From the NCBI GenBank assembly GCA_041641305.1, contig JBEPYN010000001.1:128001-192000 (forward strand): 64,000 nt of DNA. Direction: 5' to 3'. Below, piece by piece: positions 21,127-31,519 of this stretch (position 1 is the stretch's first letter; each line of letters opens with the position of its first letter). Below the pieces are notes generated by a model. It saw only the letters and a program-made list of their open reading frames with translations, was not told where the DNA came from and did not search any database. This DNA comes from Nitrososphaerota archaeon. Lineage in GTDB: Archaea; Thermoproteota; Nitrososphaeria_A; Caldarchaeales; Caldarchaeaceae. Position numbers and translations under genes: made by a program.

Positions 21127-22524
21127 ATGTCTTACAGAATAGAGTCGGATACATTGGGGGAGATGCGTGTTCCCGCCGACGCTCTCTACGGGGCCCAAAC
21201 AGCCAGAGCAGTGGAAAATTTCCCCATTTCAAATCTCAGGTTTCAAAGAGCGTTTATCTGGGCATTAGGGTTGGTGAAACACGCGGCTGCTGAAGCTAAC
21301 ATGGCTCTAGGCCTCCTCGACAAGAGGATAGGAGAAGCCATCTCAAAGGCCGCGCAGGAGGTGGCCGAGGGAAAACATGATAAACACTTCGTTGTCGACG
21401 TCTTCCAAACCGGGTCGGGCACCTCAACAAACATGAACGCAAACGAAGTCATAGCCAACAGAGCTCTTGAAATACTTGGACTAAGCAGAGGAGACAAGAA
21501 AACCATACATCCCAACGACCACGTAAACATGGGCCAGTCAACCAACGACGTCATCCCAACAGTGATGAACGTCGCAGCAGCAAACCAAATAGTCAAAAAG
21601 CTTCTCCCAGCTCTCGAGCTACTCGAAAAAGAATTGTCAAAAAAGGCTGAAGAGTTTAAGGATTTTGTAAAAGCCGGCCGCACCCATTTCCAAGACGCTG
21701 TCCCGGTTACATTTGGGCAAGAGTTTTCCGGATATGCCACTATGATTAGGAAGAGTCGTAGGAGGTTGTTGAACGCTTTGGAGAGTCTCTACGAGCTTCC
21801 TATTGGAGGAACGGCTACTGGAACGGGTTTGAATGCTCATCCAGAGTTTGCGCGGCTTGTTGTTGAAAAGCTGAACACGTTAACGGGTCTGAGTTTCAGG
21901 ATTGCTGAAAACAGGTTTGAGGCGATGGGGACGAGGGACTGCTGCCTCGAAGCATCTGCAGCGCTCAGAAGCCTTGCTGTCTCTCTTCTCAAGATCTGCA
22001 ACGATCTACGCATACTATCCTCAGGCCCCAACACCGGAATCAACGAAATCGAGCTCCCTGCCGTCCAGCCTGGTTCATCCATCATGCCTGGAAAGGTGAA
22101 CCCTGTAATACTCGAGTCAACGATGCTTGTGGCGGCTCAGGTAATTGGCTATGACCGCGCAATCATGGAAAGCTGCAGGATTGGGGAGCTTGAGCTCAAC
22201 ATGGGTTTCCCGCTTATAGCCTATGACCTGCTTGAATCCATAGAAATAATCTCAAACGCCTGCGTAAACCTGGCGACCAAATGCATCCGAGGAATTTCTG
22301 TCAACGTTGACCGTGCTCGACAGCTTGCGGAGATGAGTCCGGCGTTGGTGACGGTGGTTGCACCTCGGATAGGCTACGACAAGGCGGCCAAAGTTGCGAA
22401 GAAAATGCTGTCCGAGAACAAAACCATCAAACAGGCACTTTTAGAGGAGGCTGGTCTCAGCCGTGTTGAGGTTGATGAAATCCTCGACCTGCTAAAGATA
22501 GCTAGGGGCGGTATCATACGCTAA
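21127..22524 (+). CDS. fumC: Class II fumarate hydratase (aspartase not excluded)
   Basis: [30 protein letters not shown]. Confidence 0.88.
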   Translation: MSYRIESDTLGEMRVPADALYGAQTARAVENFPISNLRFQRAFIWALGLVKHAAAEANMALGLLDKRIGEAISKAAQEVAEGKHDKHFVVDVFQTGSGTSTNMNANEVIANRALEILGLSRGDKKTIHPNDHVNMGQSTNDVIPTVMNVAAANQIVKKLLPALELLEKELSKKAEEFKDFVKAGRTHFQDAVPVTFGQEFSGYATMIRKSRRRLLNALESLYELPIGGTATGTGLNAHPEFARLVVEKLNTLTGLSFRIAENRFEAMGTRDCCLEASAALRSLAVSLLKICNDLRILSSGPNTGINEIELPAVQPGSSIMPGKVNPVILESTMLVAAQVIGYDRAIMESCRIGELELNMGFPLIAYDLLESIEIISNACVNLATKCIRGISVNVDRARQLAEMSPALVTVVAPRIGYDKAAKVAKKMLSENKTIKQALLEEAGLSRVEVDEILDLLKIARGGIIR

Positions 22525-23725
22525 AAAATGGGCCCCACTTGGAAACGTCTGCGGAGGCCAGCTCCTCAAGCTGGCCGATAACGTATTCTCTAATTTTTTT
22601 CGCGTCTGGAAGGTCTGACACCAACTCTCCTTTAGCAAGTATCTGTTTTAGCATGGGCTCTACACTTCCTCCGCAAACACTGCATCTATCAAGCTTTTTA
22701 TTCCATGGCACCACAGTGTCATGCAGGTTCTCGCACCTATAGACCTGTTTCCGGCCTGGCAGTTTGCCTCTCTTAGACAGGGGCTTACCGTCTTTTTCTA
22801 TGATGTCGAGTGCGAGGTCTATGGATGGGGGGAAGGCTATCGATGTGCCTACACCGAATCCATCCACCAAGTCGACGAGCTCCCGTATATTAGATTCGTC
22901 AAGTCCCCCGCTTACAAATATTTTGACGTGGTTGTGTCCATGTATGTCGAGTGTCCAACGAACCTCCTGCACAATCTTTCTGATGTTGCCTCTCCGCGAG
23001 CTCGGTGTGTCCAGCCTTACGCCGTAGAGTTTTTTTCCCAGAGTCTCCGCAGCTTCGAGGGCCTCAACTCTCTCATCATAAAACGTGTCAACCAGAGCTA
23101 TTCGGGGGACATTATCTGGCATGATTTCGTCGAAAAGTTTCCAAGCTTTCTTCTCATCGTCAACAACCAGCATCAGGGCGTGCGGCATCGTGCCTGTCGG
23201 CTCCATCTCAAGCATTACCGCGCCCGCTACCCCTGAGACAGCGTCGCATCCCCCCACGTATGCCGCTCTATCAACCATCGGCGAAATCGTGGGATGAACA
23301 CATCTAATACCGAAGAAGAGAACTGGTTTTCCGTCGGCGGCGAGCTTCACGCGTGCAGCTTTAGTTGAGACGCTTGTCGAGTGTCTAAGCACTCCAAGTA
23401 TCGCCGGCTCATATACACCGAAATCTCCATACCCTCCTTCAATTCTTGCCACAGGCTCCATCGCCCGGAAAAATGTCCCCTCAGGCATGGCGTAGAAGTC
23501 TACCGGCTGCCCCTCCAAAAGATACACAGCCTCCTCAAGTCCAGTGAATACGGCCCATTCAAAGCCATTGGGAAAACCATAGCTGTGTATCTCAGCGGCC
23601 ACCCGTGTAGATGAAGCGCCCGTCTTCTCAAGTATTGTTTTCGTGCGAATAAAGTAAATATCGGTTGCCTCACCTGTCTTGATTGATCTTTCATCAGCTA
23701 TGTAAAGCCTCGGCTTACGCCTCAT
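22514..23725 (-). CDS. pncB: Nicotinate phosphoribosyltransferase
   Basis: [32 protein letters not shown]. Confidence 0.9.
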   Translation of the reverse strand: MRRKPRLYIADERSIKTGEATDIYFIRTKTILEKTGASSTRVAAEIHSYGFPNGFEWAVFTGLEEAVYLLEGQPVDFYAMPEGTFFRAMEPVARIEGGYGDFGVYEPAILGVLRHSTSVSTKAARVKLAADGKPVLFFGIRCVHPTISPMVDRAAYVGGCDAVSGVAGAVMLEMEPTGTMPHALMLVVDDEKKAWKLFDEIMPDNVPRIALVDTFYDERVEALEAAETLGKKLYGVRLDTPSSRRGNIRKIVQEVRWTLDIHGHNHVKIFVSGGLDESNIRELVDLVDGFGVGTSIAFPPSIDLALDIIEKDGKPLSKRGKLPGRKQVYRCENLHDTVVPWNKKLDRCSVCGGSVEPMLKQILAKGELVSDLPDAKKIREYVIGQLEELASADVSKWGPFFSV

Positions 23726-24312
23726 TTCTCGAACTCTATTAGCTCAGACCTTGTTAAAATACCCCTATACAGGAAACTTACCTGCCGCAGGGTGGCACGG
23801 TAATCGAAGTCGTTCAAAGCAGAGACACAGTCTATGGGCAGATACACTTTGTACCATCTGAGCGCAGCGCTTCCAGCCGTGTGTAACACGCAGATGTTTG
23901 CTACAGTGCCTGTAACAACGAGGTTTTCTATGCGGTGTAGTCTGAGGATGTGGTCGAGACTCGTGCCATAGAACGCATCGTACCGTAGCTTACTGACGAC
24001 AACATCGCCTTCATGGGGTCTGAGCTCGTCAACTATCTCCGCTCCCCAGCTGCCCTTCAGCGCATGCTCTCCCCAAATCGCAAACTCTGGATCATCCTTC
24101 ATATGCCAATCCTGAGTATAAACAACCAATACACCTGCTTCACGAGCCTTCTCCAAAACACGCCCTATTTTTGGAATGGTCTCCACGGACGCTGGGACAA
24201 AGAGCTTGCCTGAAGGTTTGCAGAAATCGTTCTGCATATCAACCACTATAACGGCTGTGTTGCTGCGGGGAAGCCTCACCTCCACCGGCTCGGGGATGGA
24301 TGCACCAGCCAC
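23722..24312 (-). CDS. pncA: Isochorismatase-family hydrolase, probable nicotinamidase
   Basis: [20 protein letters not shown]; coupled to pncB. Confidence 0.8.
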   Translation of the reverse strand: MAGASIPEPVEVRLPRSNTAVIVVDMQNDFCKPSGKLFVPASVETIPKIGRVLEKAREAGVLVVYTQDWHMKDDPEFAIWGEHALKGSWGAEIVDELRPHEGDVVVSKLRYDAFYGTSLDHILRLHRIENLVVTGTVANICVLHTAGSAALRWYKVYLPIDCVSALNDFDYRATLRQVSFLYRGILTRSELIEFEK

Positions 24313-24360
24313 GTTTTAGTATCCGCAACTCATAAATAATAATCTTCGGGTTTTTCACCG

Positions 24361-25710
24361 TTGTCAACCCAAGATTTAATCAACCGCTTTCATGGACATG
24401 TTCAGAGTGGCTGGGGCAGGATTTTCAAGGAATTTTCGCAGCTAATAGGGATACCGAGTGTTTCGGCTAAAAACCAAAGCATCTCAGAATGTGCTGATTT
24501 TCTCAAGAACCTGCTGGAATCCTATGGGTTCACTGTCAGTTTTCTTGAATCACCCACGGGCAGGCCCGCGGTTTATGCGGAAAAGAAAAGCGGGCCCAGC
24601 TCTATCCTCCTATACAACCATTATGATGTTCAGCCCCCCGAGCCGCTGGAAGAGTGGGAGACTGACCCGTTTCAACTGGTTGAAAAGAATGGGCTATTTT
24701 TTGGACGGGGTGTTTCGGACAACAAGGGCGAGATTATCGCGAGGCTCGCCGCGGTTGACTGTGTCGAGAAGGTTTTGGGGAAATTGCCGGTTACAGTGAA
24801 ATGGTTGATTGAGGGGGAGGAGGAGGTGGGCAGCCCCGGCATTCCGGAGATCGTGTCAAGAAACAAGAATCTTTTCAGAGGTGTTTTGGGCTGTATGTGG
24901 GAGGGGGGAGACATTGACAGAAACGGGCCGAACATATACCTTGGAGTAAAAGGTATGCTATACGTCGAGCTGGCAATAAGGACAGCGAAGGCCGATGCAC
25001 ACTCGATGTACGCCCCCATCATCGAAAACGCCGCCGAAAAAATTTTGAAAATAATTAGGATGATCAAGGATGAGAGGGGGCGTGTAAAGGTCCCCGGCTT
25101 CTATGAGTCGGTTGCGAGGCCTACGTCGGCTGAGAAAAAGTTGATGAAGGGTTTGAGGAAAAGCTCTGGGGAATATGCGCAGAGTCTTGGTGTGAAAAGG
25201 CTCACCGTGGAGAGCAGCCAGGTCGTTGAGAAGCTCGTCTATGAGCCGACATGCAATATCGCAGGCCTCTATTCAGGATACACTGGGCCCGGGTCAAAGA
25301 CAATCGTCCCCTCCACCGCCACTGTTAAAATCGACTTTAGGCTTGTCCCCAACCAGGACCCACTTAAGATCCTCAAATCTCTTAAGAGGATTCTCCCGAG
25401 AGAAGTTGATGTCAAGGTTTACACGGTCTCCTATCCTGCGAGGACTAGTCCAGATAACCCGCTTGTCAAAGCAGCTGTTGAAGCTGCTGCTCAGGTGTAT
25501 GGGAAGAGGCCGAGTGTTTTACCCAACATGGCCGGCACCGGGCCACTATATCATTTCGTGAAGGCTGGGATACCGACTGCCATGCTTTCAGCCCTCGCTC
25601 ATCCAGGCTCGAAGCTTCACGCACCCAACGAGAACATTTACCGCGGACACTTCATTCAATCCATTCTGCATCATGCGCTTATTTTCACAAAAGTTGGCGG
25701 GCGAGCTTAA
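24361..25710 (+). CDS. M20 metallopeptidase (dipeptidase/ArgE-DapE-like)
   Basis: YNHYDVQP, GRGVSDNKG, EGEEEVGS, HAPNE. Confidence 0.9.
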   Translation: MSTQDLINRFHGHVQSGWGRIFKEFSQLIGIPSVSAKNQSISECADFLKNLLESYGFTVSFLESPTGRPAVYAEKKSGPSSILLYNHYDVQPPEPLEEWETDPFQLVEKNGLFFGRGVSDNKGEIIARLAAVDCVEKVLGKLPVTVKWLIEGEEEVGSPGIPEIVSRNKNLFRGVLGCMWEGGDIDRNGPNIYLGVKGMLYVELAIRTAKADAHSMYAPIIENAAEKILKIIRMIKDERGRVKVPGFYESVARPTSAEKKLMKGLRKSSGEYAQSLGVKRLTVESSQVVEKLVYEPTCNIAGLYSGYTGPGSKTIVPSTATVKIDFRLVPNQDPLKILKSLKRILPREVDVKVYTVSYPARTSPDNPLVKAAVEAAAQVYGKRPSVLPNMAGTGPLYHFVKAGIPTAMLSALAHPGSKLHAPNENIYRGHFIQSILHHALIFTKVGGRA

Positions 25711-26827
25711 CCGCGAGAACGGGATGGCTTAGAAGTTTTTTCGCCACCCTACCTATATCCATTCCGTTGGCGAGGTCAAGTATGTCGTCGGCTTGGAATA
25801 TTTTGGCAAGGGTGTCGAGCTCCTCGTCGGAGAGCTTCTCAACAGCCCTCATCGCTCTGAGGCTCCGCTTTATCCGGTTTAGCCAAGGCTCATATAGCTT
25901 GTAAAACTCCGAGAGACGTCTTTTAGACGTGTCGCCTTCCTGCACAGCGTTCGCAGCAACTTTACCCGCCGCCAACCCGGCTGAAACAGAGGAGTGTATA
26001 CCGGCCCCTGTCAATGGTATCACGTGTCCAGCCGCGTCGCCGATAAGCATCGCTCCGTCGAAGACGCTCTCTGAGATGGCTCCTCCTATTGGGACGGGCG
26101 CCCCACGGTAGTCAATGATCTTCGCGCTTCCAAGCTCGTCGCTGAAGAGCTTGACGAAAGCGTCTAGGTAGTCTTTGGCGATGCCTCCCCTAACGCCTAT
26201 CCCCACTTCGGCGAGCTTCTCTGTGCGGGGAAATATCCACGCATATCCACCGGGGGCTATTTTGTTGCCCAGGTAGAATCTGACGGCGTCGGAGTTCTTC
26301 AGCCTACAGTTAGCCATAATGTATTGGACAGTTGGTATCGGCTCGGGTCTTTCGGTTACGCCTAGGCTGCGGGCGACTGTGGAGTTGTATCCGTCTGCGC
26401 CGATTACAACCTTTGCCTTGTAGGTGTCTCTGTTGGTTTTCACGAAGAGCTTCGAGTTCTCCCTAACAACACCCGAAACCTCCTCTCTTACATGTATGTC
26501 AGCTCCATACTCGGCCGCCTGTGCAGCAATCTCCTGAATGAAGAATGATTTGTTGATGTTGTAACCTATTTGGGGAATCTTGACTTCTATCATGCTCGGA
26601 GAATAAACTAAGGCATAAGCTTCGTGCATAACTATCCTGGGGCTAGGCTTGACGCCCGCCGTGACAAGCGTCTCCTTGCTACAGGCCTCCCCACAAGGCT
26701 TGTTAGCCATTATGGTTGGATGTTTCTCGAGCAGGAGGACGCTGACGTTGTTCATGGCCGCGGCCTTCGCCGCGGAGACACCTGCGGGTCCTCCCCCGAC
26801 CACAACCACATCGTACTCGTTCATCAC
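25685..26827 (-). CDS. Geranylgeranyl reductase family FAD oxidoreductase (DGGGPL reductase-like)
   Basis: GGGPAG, KPCGE, IGADG, PGGYAWIFP, IGDAAG..PLTGAGI. Confidence 0.87.
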   Translation of the reverse strand: MMNEYDVVVVGGGPAGVSAAKAAAMNNVSVLLLEKHPTIMANKPCGEACSKETLVTAGVKPSPRIVMHEAYALVYSPSMIEVKIPQIGYNINKSFFIQEIAAQAAEYGADIHVREEVSGVVRENSKLFVKTNRDTYKAKVVIGADGYNSTVARSLGVTERPEPIPTVQYIMANCRLKNSDAVRFYLGNKIAPGGYAWIFPRTEKLAEVGIGVRGGIAKDYLDAFVKLFSDELGSAKIIDYRGAPVPIGGAISESVFDGAMLIGDAAGHVIPLTGAGIHSSVSAGLAAGKVAANAVQEGDTSKRRLSEFYKLYEPWLNRIKRSLRAMRAVEKLSDEELDTLAKIFQADDILDLANGMDIGRVAKKLLSHPVLAVKLARQLL

Positions 26828-26909
26828 GCGTCGAGGTGGTGGATTTTATATAAGGTTTCTCCAACCAATTGGATGTTTATAAGATGGTTAAACTTGTGAA
26901 TTGCTGGAA

Positions 26910-27404
26910 ATGGGCGATCCGAAGCGGATTCGGAAAAAGTATGAGACTCCTCGGCATCCTTGGCGTAGAGAGATTCTTGAGGAGGAGCTTAAGATGATGG
27001 GTGAGTATGGTCTGCGGAATAAGAGGGAGATATGGAGGGCTGCGAGCCAGTTGCGTAAATACAGGGCCTTGGCTCGTAAACTATTCTCAGCCGTGGGGGA
27101 GAAAAGGATATCCGAGGAGAGTAAGCTGATTGGCAGACTCAACAGGCTCGGTGTGCTTCCACAGGGGGCCACCCTCGACGATGTCCTAAAGCTTACTGTG
27201 AAAGATTTCCTCGAAAGAAGGCTTCAGACAATCGTGTACAGGATAGGTTTGGCGCGGACAGTTTTCCACGCAAGACAGCTCATCACACACGGAAAAGTGC
27301 TTGTGGGAGGAAAGAAAGTGAAGGCGCCGAGTTATCACGTCAAACGTGGCGAGGAGGAGGAAATTAGGCTCACTGAGCCGGTTAAGGTCCAGAGCCAAGC
27401 ATAA
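26910..27404 (+). CDS. rps4: 30S ribosomal protein uS4
   Basis: MGDPKR..KYETPRHPW, YGLRNKREIW, ERRLQT, ARQLITHG. Confidence 0.95.
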   Translation: MGDPKRIRKKYETPRHPWRREILEEELKMMGEYGLRNKREIWRAASQLRKYRALARKLFSAVGEKRISEESKLIGRLNRLGVLPQGATLDDVLKLTVKDFLERRLQTIVYRIGLARTVFHARQLITHGKVLVGGKKVKAPSYHVKRGEEEEIRLTEPVKVQSQA

Positions 27405-27469
27405 AATATTTGTCTAAGGTGGATGCTGCGGGTAACAACTAAATACACCGTGAAGGCAGGTTTGGAAGA

Positions 27470-27895
27470 ATGAGCGGAGTCCAACAGTCACCTGAGAAAA
27501 GCATTCAACAGAAGCAGAAGTGGGGAGTTGTCCACATCTACTCATCCTATAACAATATCATCGTTCATCTAACAGATTTAACGGGGGCCGAGACAATCGC
27601 GAGGGCCTCGGGCGGGATGTTCGTTGACGCCGGCAGGCTGGAGCCGACGCCCTACGCAGGCATGAGGGCCGCGTCATATGTCATGGAGGCCGCTAAAGCC
27701 GCGGGCATAACTGCTGTCCACATCCTCGTTAGAGCACCCGGGGGAGTGAAGTCCCGTACACCCGGGCCCGCGACACAGGCCGCCATACGCACAATTGCAA
27801 GGTCAGGTTTGATGATTGGGAGAATAGAGGACGTCACACCCATCCCCCACGACAGCGTCAGGAAAAAAGGCGGCAGAAGAGGCAGAAGAGTGTAG
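27470..27895 (+). CDS. rps11: 30S ribosomal protein uS11
   Basis: [29 protein letters not shown]. Confidence 0.96.
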   Translation: MSGVQQSPEKSIQQKQKWGVVHIYSSYNNIIVHLTDLTGAETIARASGGMFVDAGRLEPTPYAGMRAASYVMEAAKAAGITAVHILVRAPGGVKSRTPGPATQAAIRTIARSGLMIGRIEDVTPIPHDSVRKKGGRRGRRV

Positions 27896-27932
27896 CCGAT
27901 ACCATTTTATACCTTCACACCCATACACCCTC

Positions 27933-28382
27933 ATGAGCATAAAGCAGGTCGATGTCTCAGCCAAACCTGTTCAGAAAAGAGAAGCTATCGCAATTGGCCG
28001 CATAATTCTCAAGCCCGGCACAATAGAGCTGGTTAGGAGAGGGGCTGTTGAGAAGGGTGACCCGCTCCAGCTGGCCCGTGTCGCAGGTGTTCTCGGAGCA
28101 AAGCACACCCCAACCCTTCTACCCCTATGCCATCCGCTCAAGCTTGAGCACGTAGAGATTACCGAGGAGTTGGGAGACAACTACATCGAAATAAGGTCTA
28201 AAGTCGTCGCCTATGAAAAAACCGGTGTCGAGATGGAGGCCTTAACAGCCGTTGCCACGGCCCTCCTCAACATATGGGATGCTGTGAAGCAGTATGAGAA
28301 GGATGAGTATGGACAATATCCTACAACAGCCATCACAGATATCAGAGTTTTGTCGAAGGTGAAGACAGGTGAAACCGCATGA
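27933..28382 (+). CDS. moaC: Cyclic pyranopterin monophosphate synthase
   Basis: VDVSAK, KGD, LLPLCHP, TGVEMEAL. Confidence 0.93.
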   Translation: MSIKQVDVSAKPVQKREAIAIGRIILKPGTIELVRRGAVEKGDPLQLARVAGVLGAKHTPTLLPLCHPLKLEHVEITEELGDNYIEIRSKVVAYEKTGVEMEALTAVATALLNIWDAVKQYEKDEYGQYPTTAITDIRVLSKVKTGETA

Positions 28383-28893
28383 ACATCACAGGGCCGAGAG
28401 CCCACATAGCCTACGGATAGCAGTCATCACGGCAAGCACTTCACGCTACTACAAGAAAATACGGGAAGAAGCATATGTTGACGAGTCCGGCGAAAATGCT
28501 GTCAATATCTTGAGGGAGCTTGGTCACAGCGTCGAGTATCTCGGAGTTGTGAACGATGACATCTGGATGATTAGGTCAGCGGTGTTGACGGCGTTGGAGA
28601 AGGGGTTTGACGCTATTGTGGTCACGGGAGGCACCGGCCTTTCTCCGCGGGATGTCACCATAGAGGCTTTGAGGCCGTTATTTGAAAAGGAGGTGGAGGG
28701 CTGGGGGGAGATTTTCCGAGTAGAGAGCTATAAGGAGATAGGCACGGCCGCGGCCCTCTCCCGCACAACGGCAGGCATCATGAACGGCCGGCTTATCGTC
28801 GCACTCCCAGGCTCACCCGAGGCCGTCAAACTCGCCCTCAGGCTCCTCGGCCCAGAAATACCACACATCATACACATAGCCCGTAAAACATGA
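28369..28893 (+). CDS. moaB: MoaB/MogA molybdopterin adenylyltransferase
   Basis: TGGTGLSPRDVT, ALSR, LPGSP. Confidence 0.9.
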   Translation: MKPHEHHRAESPHSLRIAVITASTSRYYKKIREEAYVDESGENAVNILRELGHSVEYLGVVNDDIWMIRSAVLTALEKGFDAIVVTGGTGLSPRDVTIEALRPLFEKEVEGWGEIFRVESYKEIGTAAALSRTTAGIMNGRLIVALPGSPEAVKLALRLLGPEIPHIIHIARKT

Positions 28894-29678
28894 TACGGGT
28901 AACCATACTCGGTGCGGGCAGCATAGTCCCGTCGGAGAAGAGGTTCGGCAGCGGCCTCTACATCGAGACAGAGGTCTCTAAGCTGTTGATAGACCCGGGG
29001 CCCGGAACAATCTACAAGCTCGTCAGAATCCATGTGAACCCTCTATCCTTGACCGCTGTCCTGGTAACACATTTTCACCTCGACCACGTCTCAGACCTCC
29101 TACTGCTAATGATGATGTGGTGCTATGACGAGGAGGGCAAACCCTCTAAACAGCCCAGACCCCTAAACATCATAGGACCAACCGGCCTACAGAAACTCAT
29201 AGAACAAGCCATATCCATAGATGCTTTCAGTTACCTCGAGAAACCCATGCATGTCAAACGTTTCCTCCGGATAGATGAGATGCGGCACGGCGACATCAAG
29301 CAGGTGGGCGACAGTAGGATAATTGCAGCGGAGGTGGAGCATCTAAACGGATTAGCCTATAGAATTGAGCATAAGGGAAAAAGCATAGTTTACTCGGGCG
29401 ACACAGTGCCTGACCAGCGTCTAGTAGACCTCGCCAGAAACTGCGACCTCCTCATACATGAATGCAGCTTCCCACATCAACAGCTCATCGGCAAACACAC
29501 CTCCGAAAAACAACTGGCTGAAATCACCGCACAGGCCAGGCCACGGAAAACAGTCGTAACACACCTCTACCCATCCTGGGCCGGTCGAGAACATGAAATA
29601 ATAGAAGCCCTGAAACAGGCAGGAATAGCCTCCGAGAATGTTTTCGTGGCCGAGGACTTATTGACTGTGGATGTTTAA
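28890..29678 (+). CDS. Metallo-beta-lactamase-fold hydrolase (RNase Z/BN-like)
   Basis: THFHLDH, YSGDT, HEC, H, THLYP. Confidence 0.82.
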   Translation: MIRVTILGAGSIVPSEKRFGSGLYIETEVSKLLIDPGPGTIYKLVRIHVNPLSLTAVLVTHFHLDHVSDLLLLMMMWCYDEEGKPSKQPRPLNIIGPTGLQKLIEQAISIDAFSYLEKPMHVKRFLRIDEMRHGDIKQVGDSRIIAAEVEHLNGLAYRIEHKGKSIVYSGDTVPDQRLVDLARNCDLLIHECSFPHQQLIGKHTSEKQLAEITAQARPRKTVVTHLYPSWAGREHEIIEALKQAGIASENVFVAEDLLTVDV

Positions 29679-29702
29679 ATTATTGCAGAAGGCTTCAAAG
29701 TC

Positions 29703-30221
29703 GTGATTCTATCCGACTTCGACCTCTGGAACTACATCAGGAACGGACGGCTTAGGATTGAACCGTTTTCAGAGGACGTGGTGCGAGAAAACGGCCTCGA
29801 CCTACGAATAGGAAGACAGATTGCACGATTCAACAAAAACAGCAAAGTCTTTGACACAAGAAGCAGCGACGCAGCCGAGTTCTACGCTATCGAGGAGGAA
29901 AAAGAATTCGTCATAAACCCACATGAACACGTGCTTCTCCACACCCTCGAGTACTTGGCTCTTCCGAAGGATTTGATGGGCTTCGTTAACCTCCGCAGCA
30001 GCTACGCACGCATCGGCCTAACAATCCCACCCACAATAATAGACGCAAACTTCGAAGGCGAGCTAACCATAGAGCTTGTCGGAGGAGATTTCCCTGTCAA
30101 GCTCTACTCAGGTGACAGGTTCCTTCACGTGGTTTTCGCACGTCTGTCCTCAATTGTTGAGAAGCCCTACACAGGCAAGTATCAGGGACAGCGCGGTGTG
30201 AGGCTTCCCAGCTTCAGGTAA
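29703..30221 (+). CDS. dcd: dCTP deaminase
   Basis: MILSD, DLRIG, RSSYARIG, DANFEG, KYQGQ. Confidence 0.88.
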   Translation: MILSDFDLWNYIRNGRLRIEPFSEDVVRENGLDLRIGRQIARFNKNSKVFDTRSSDAAEFYAIEEEKEFVINPHEHVLLHTLEYLALPKDLMGFVNLRSSYARIGLTIPPTIIDANFEGELTIELVGGDFPVKLYSGDRFLHVVFARLSSIVEKPYTGKYQGQRGVRLPSFR

Positions 30222-30512
30222 CCCGCCTGAGATAGGAGGCAAGACAACCACCACATCACCCTCCTTAAGCCGAGTAGATGCCCAGAGGCTTCTATCGAGA
30301 TTTTCACCATTTAGCGCAAGTGCAAACCCCGCTCTGAGACCCCCGCCTTCAAAAAGATCGGCCAGAACCCTGCCATAAGTCTCTCGAAGCTTTTCTAGAA
30401 AATCGAGGATAGACGAGTCTTCAGGTAGATCGAATTCTTCAGAGGATTTCCCCAGCCTCTCCCGAAGCACTGCATAGTATTTGGTTTGGATTTTCAAGCG
30501 CCCTCCAACCAT
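30150..30512 (-). CDS. moaD: MoaD/SAMP ubiquitin-like sulfur carrier with 23-aa extension after Gly-Gly
   Basis: YAVLRE, LNG, LKEGDVVVVLPPISGG; directly downstream of moaE. Confidence 0.85.
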   Translation of the reverse strand: MVGGRLKIQTKYYAVLRERLGKSSEEFDLPEDSSILDFLEKLRETYGRVLADLFEGGGLRAGFALALNGENLDRSLWASTRLKEGDVVVVLPPISGGLPEAGKPHTALSLILACVGLLNN

Positions 30513-30934
30513 TTCCCCGTCCCGTCGATGTAAACCTCCTTCTTAAAGAGGGCTGGCTCTCGTTTATAGCGTTCGACAGCTGTTCTAAGTCCGCGGAAAA
30601 CCTCGTCCCTGCTCTCCCCCGCAGCGGCCACGAAGACAACGGGTTCACCCACATTAAGCACCCCAACCAAATGCCATATCCCCACAAACCTCAACCCATA
30701 CTCCCCAGTCACTTCCTCACAAATTTTCTTGAGAGCTTTGTTGGCATGCTCCTCATATGATTCCATATGCAGCTTCTCAACATCTACTTCCCCGCGGCCT
30801 TTCCTCTTCACAATCCCTAGAAAAAAAGCCGCCGCCCCACATGAACCATCCGACACACGCGAGACAACAAGCTCAAACAACCTCACAAAATCCAGCTCAC
30901 CCCTGCCATACACACCAGGCTCAGGAAGATCCAT
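30494..30934 (-). CDS. moaE: Molybdopterin synthase catalytic subunit
   Basis: GAAAFFLGIVK, HLVG.L.VGE, R.E.F, FKKE...G.W; start chosen at MDLPEPG. Confidence 0.9.
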   Translation of the reverse strand: MDLPEPGVYGRGELDFVRLFELVVSRVSDGSCGAAAFFLGIVKRKGRGEVDVEKLHMESYEEHANKALKKICEEVTGEYGLRFVGIWHLVGVLNVGEPVVFVAAAGESRDEVFRGLRTAVERYKREPALFKKEVYIDGTGKWLEGA

Positions 30935-30987
30935 GACAAAAAAGCGGACAACGAGCCAATAATCTTTTCTCATGGCCAAAAAAATTA

Positions 30988-31117
30988 CTGGAAAAAATAA
31001 TTGTAGACAAACGTATTTTTCGGGTAGAAAAGAATAGATTTCGTCAGAAAATGTCTGACAAAATTTAGATGCATAGCCTGCACAGCATATGATTTATATG
31101 TTGTGACTTTTTTCCAG
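30988..31117. promoter_or_regulatory. AT-rich divergent promoter region with inverted repeats
   Basis: CTGGAAAAAA...TTTTTTCCAG flanking; GTCAGA-N5-TCTGAC; CACAGCATAT-N5-ATATGTTGTG spanning TATA-like TTTATA. Confidence 0.45.
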
Positions 31118-31141
31118 AAACCGAGGTCCAAAGAAAAGAAA

Positions 31142-31519
31142 ATGCTTGAAAGTAAAGTTGCACAGGAAAGGGTAGTAGGCAAACACGTCTTCGGAAACCT
31201 CTACAACTGCCCAGAAAACCTCATCAGCGACGAAAAATACCTGCGCAAAGTAGTCCGCGAAGCCATCAAGCAGGCGAACATGTCACTAGTATCTTTAAGG
31301 TCATGGAGCTTCGGCGGAGAAAAAGGGGGGGTATCAGTAATCGCCCTAATCACAGAAAGCCACGTGGCCGTCCACACATGGCGCGAATACAATTACGCAA
31401 CAGTAGACATTTACACATGCGGAGAAGCCAGCAACCCCGAAAAAGCCTTCGACTACATAGTACAACACCTCAGCCCCGAAAACGTCACACGCTTCTACGC
31501 TGACCGATCCTCCGGGTAA
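31142..31519 (+). CDS. Pyruvoyl-dependent decarboxylase proenzyme, crenarchaeal-type arginine decarboxylase (AdoMetDC fold)
   Basis: GKHVFGNLY, WSFGGEKGGVSVIAL, ESH cleavage site, YTCG, FYADRSS; fits the ArgDC paralog as I recall it better than SpeD. Confidence 0.8.
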   Translation: MLESKVAQERVVGKHVFGNLYNCPENLISDEKYLRKVVREAIKQANMSLVSLRSWSFGGEKGGVSVIALITESHVAVHTWREYNYATVDIYTCGEASNPEKAFDYIVQHLSPENVTRFYADRSSG

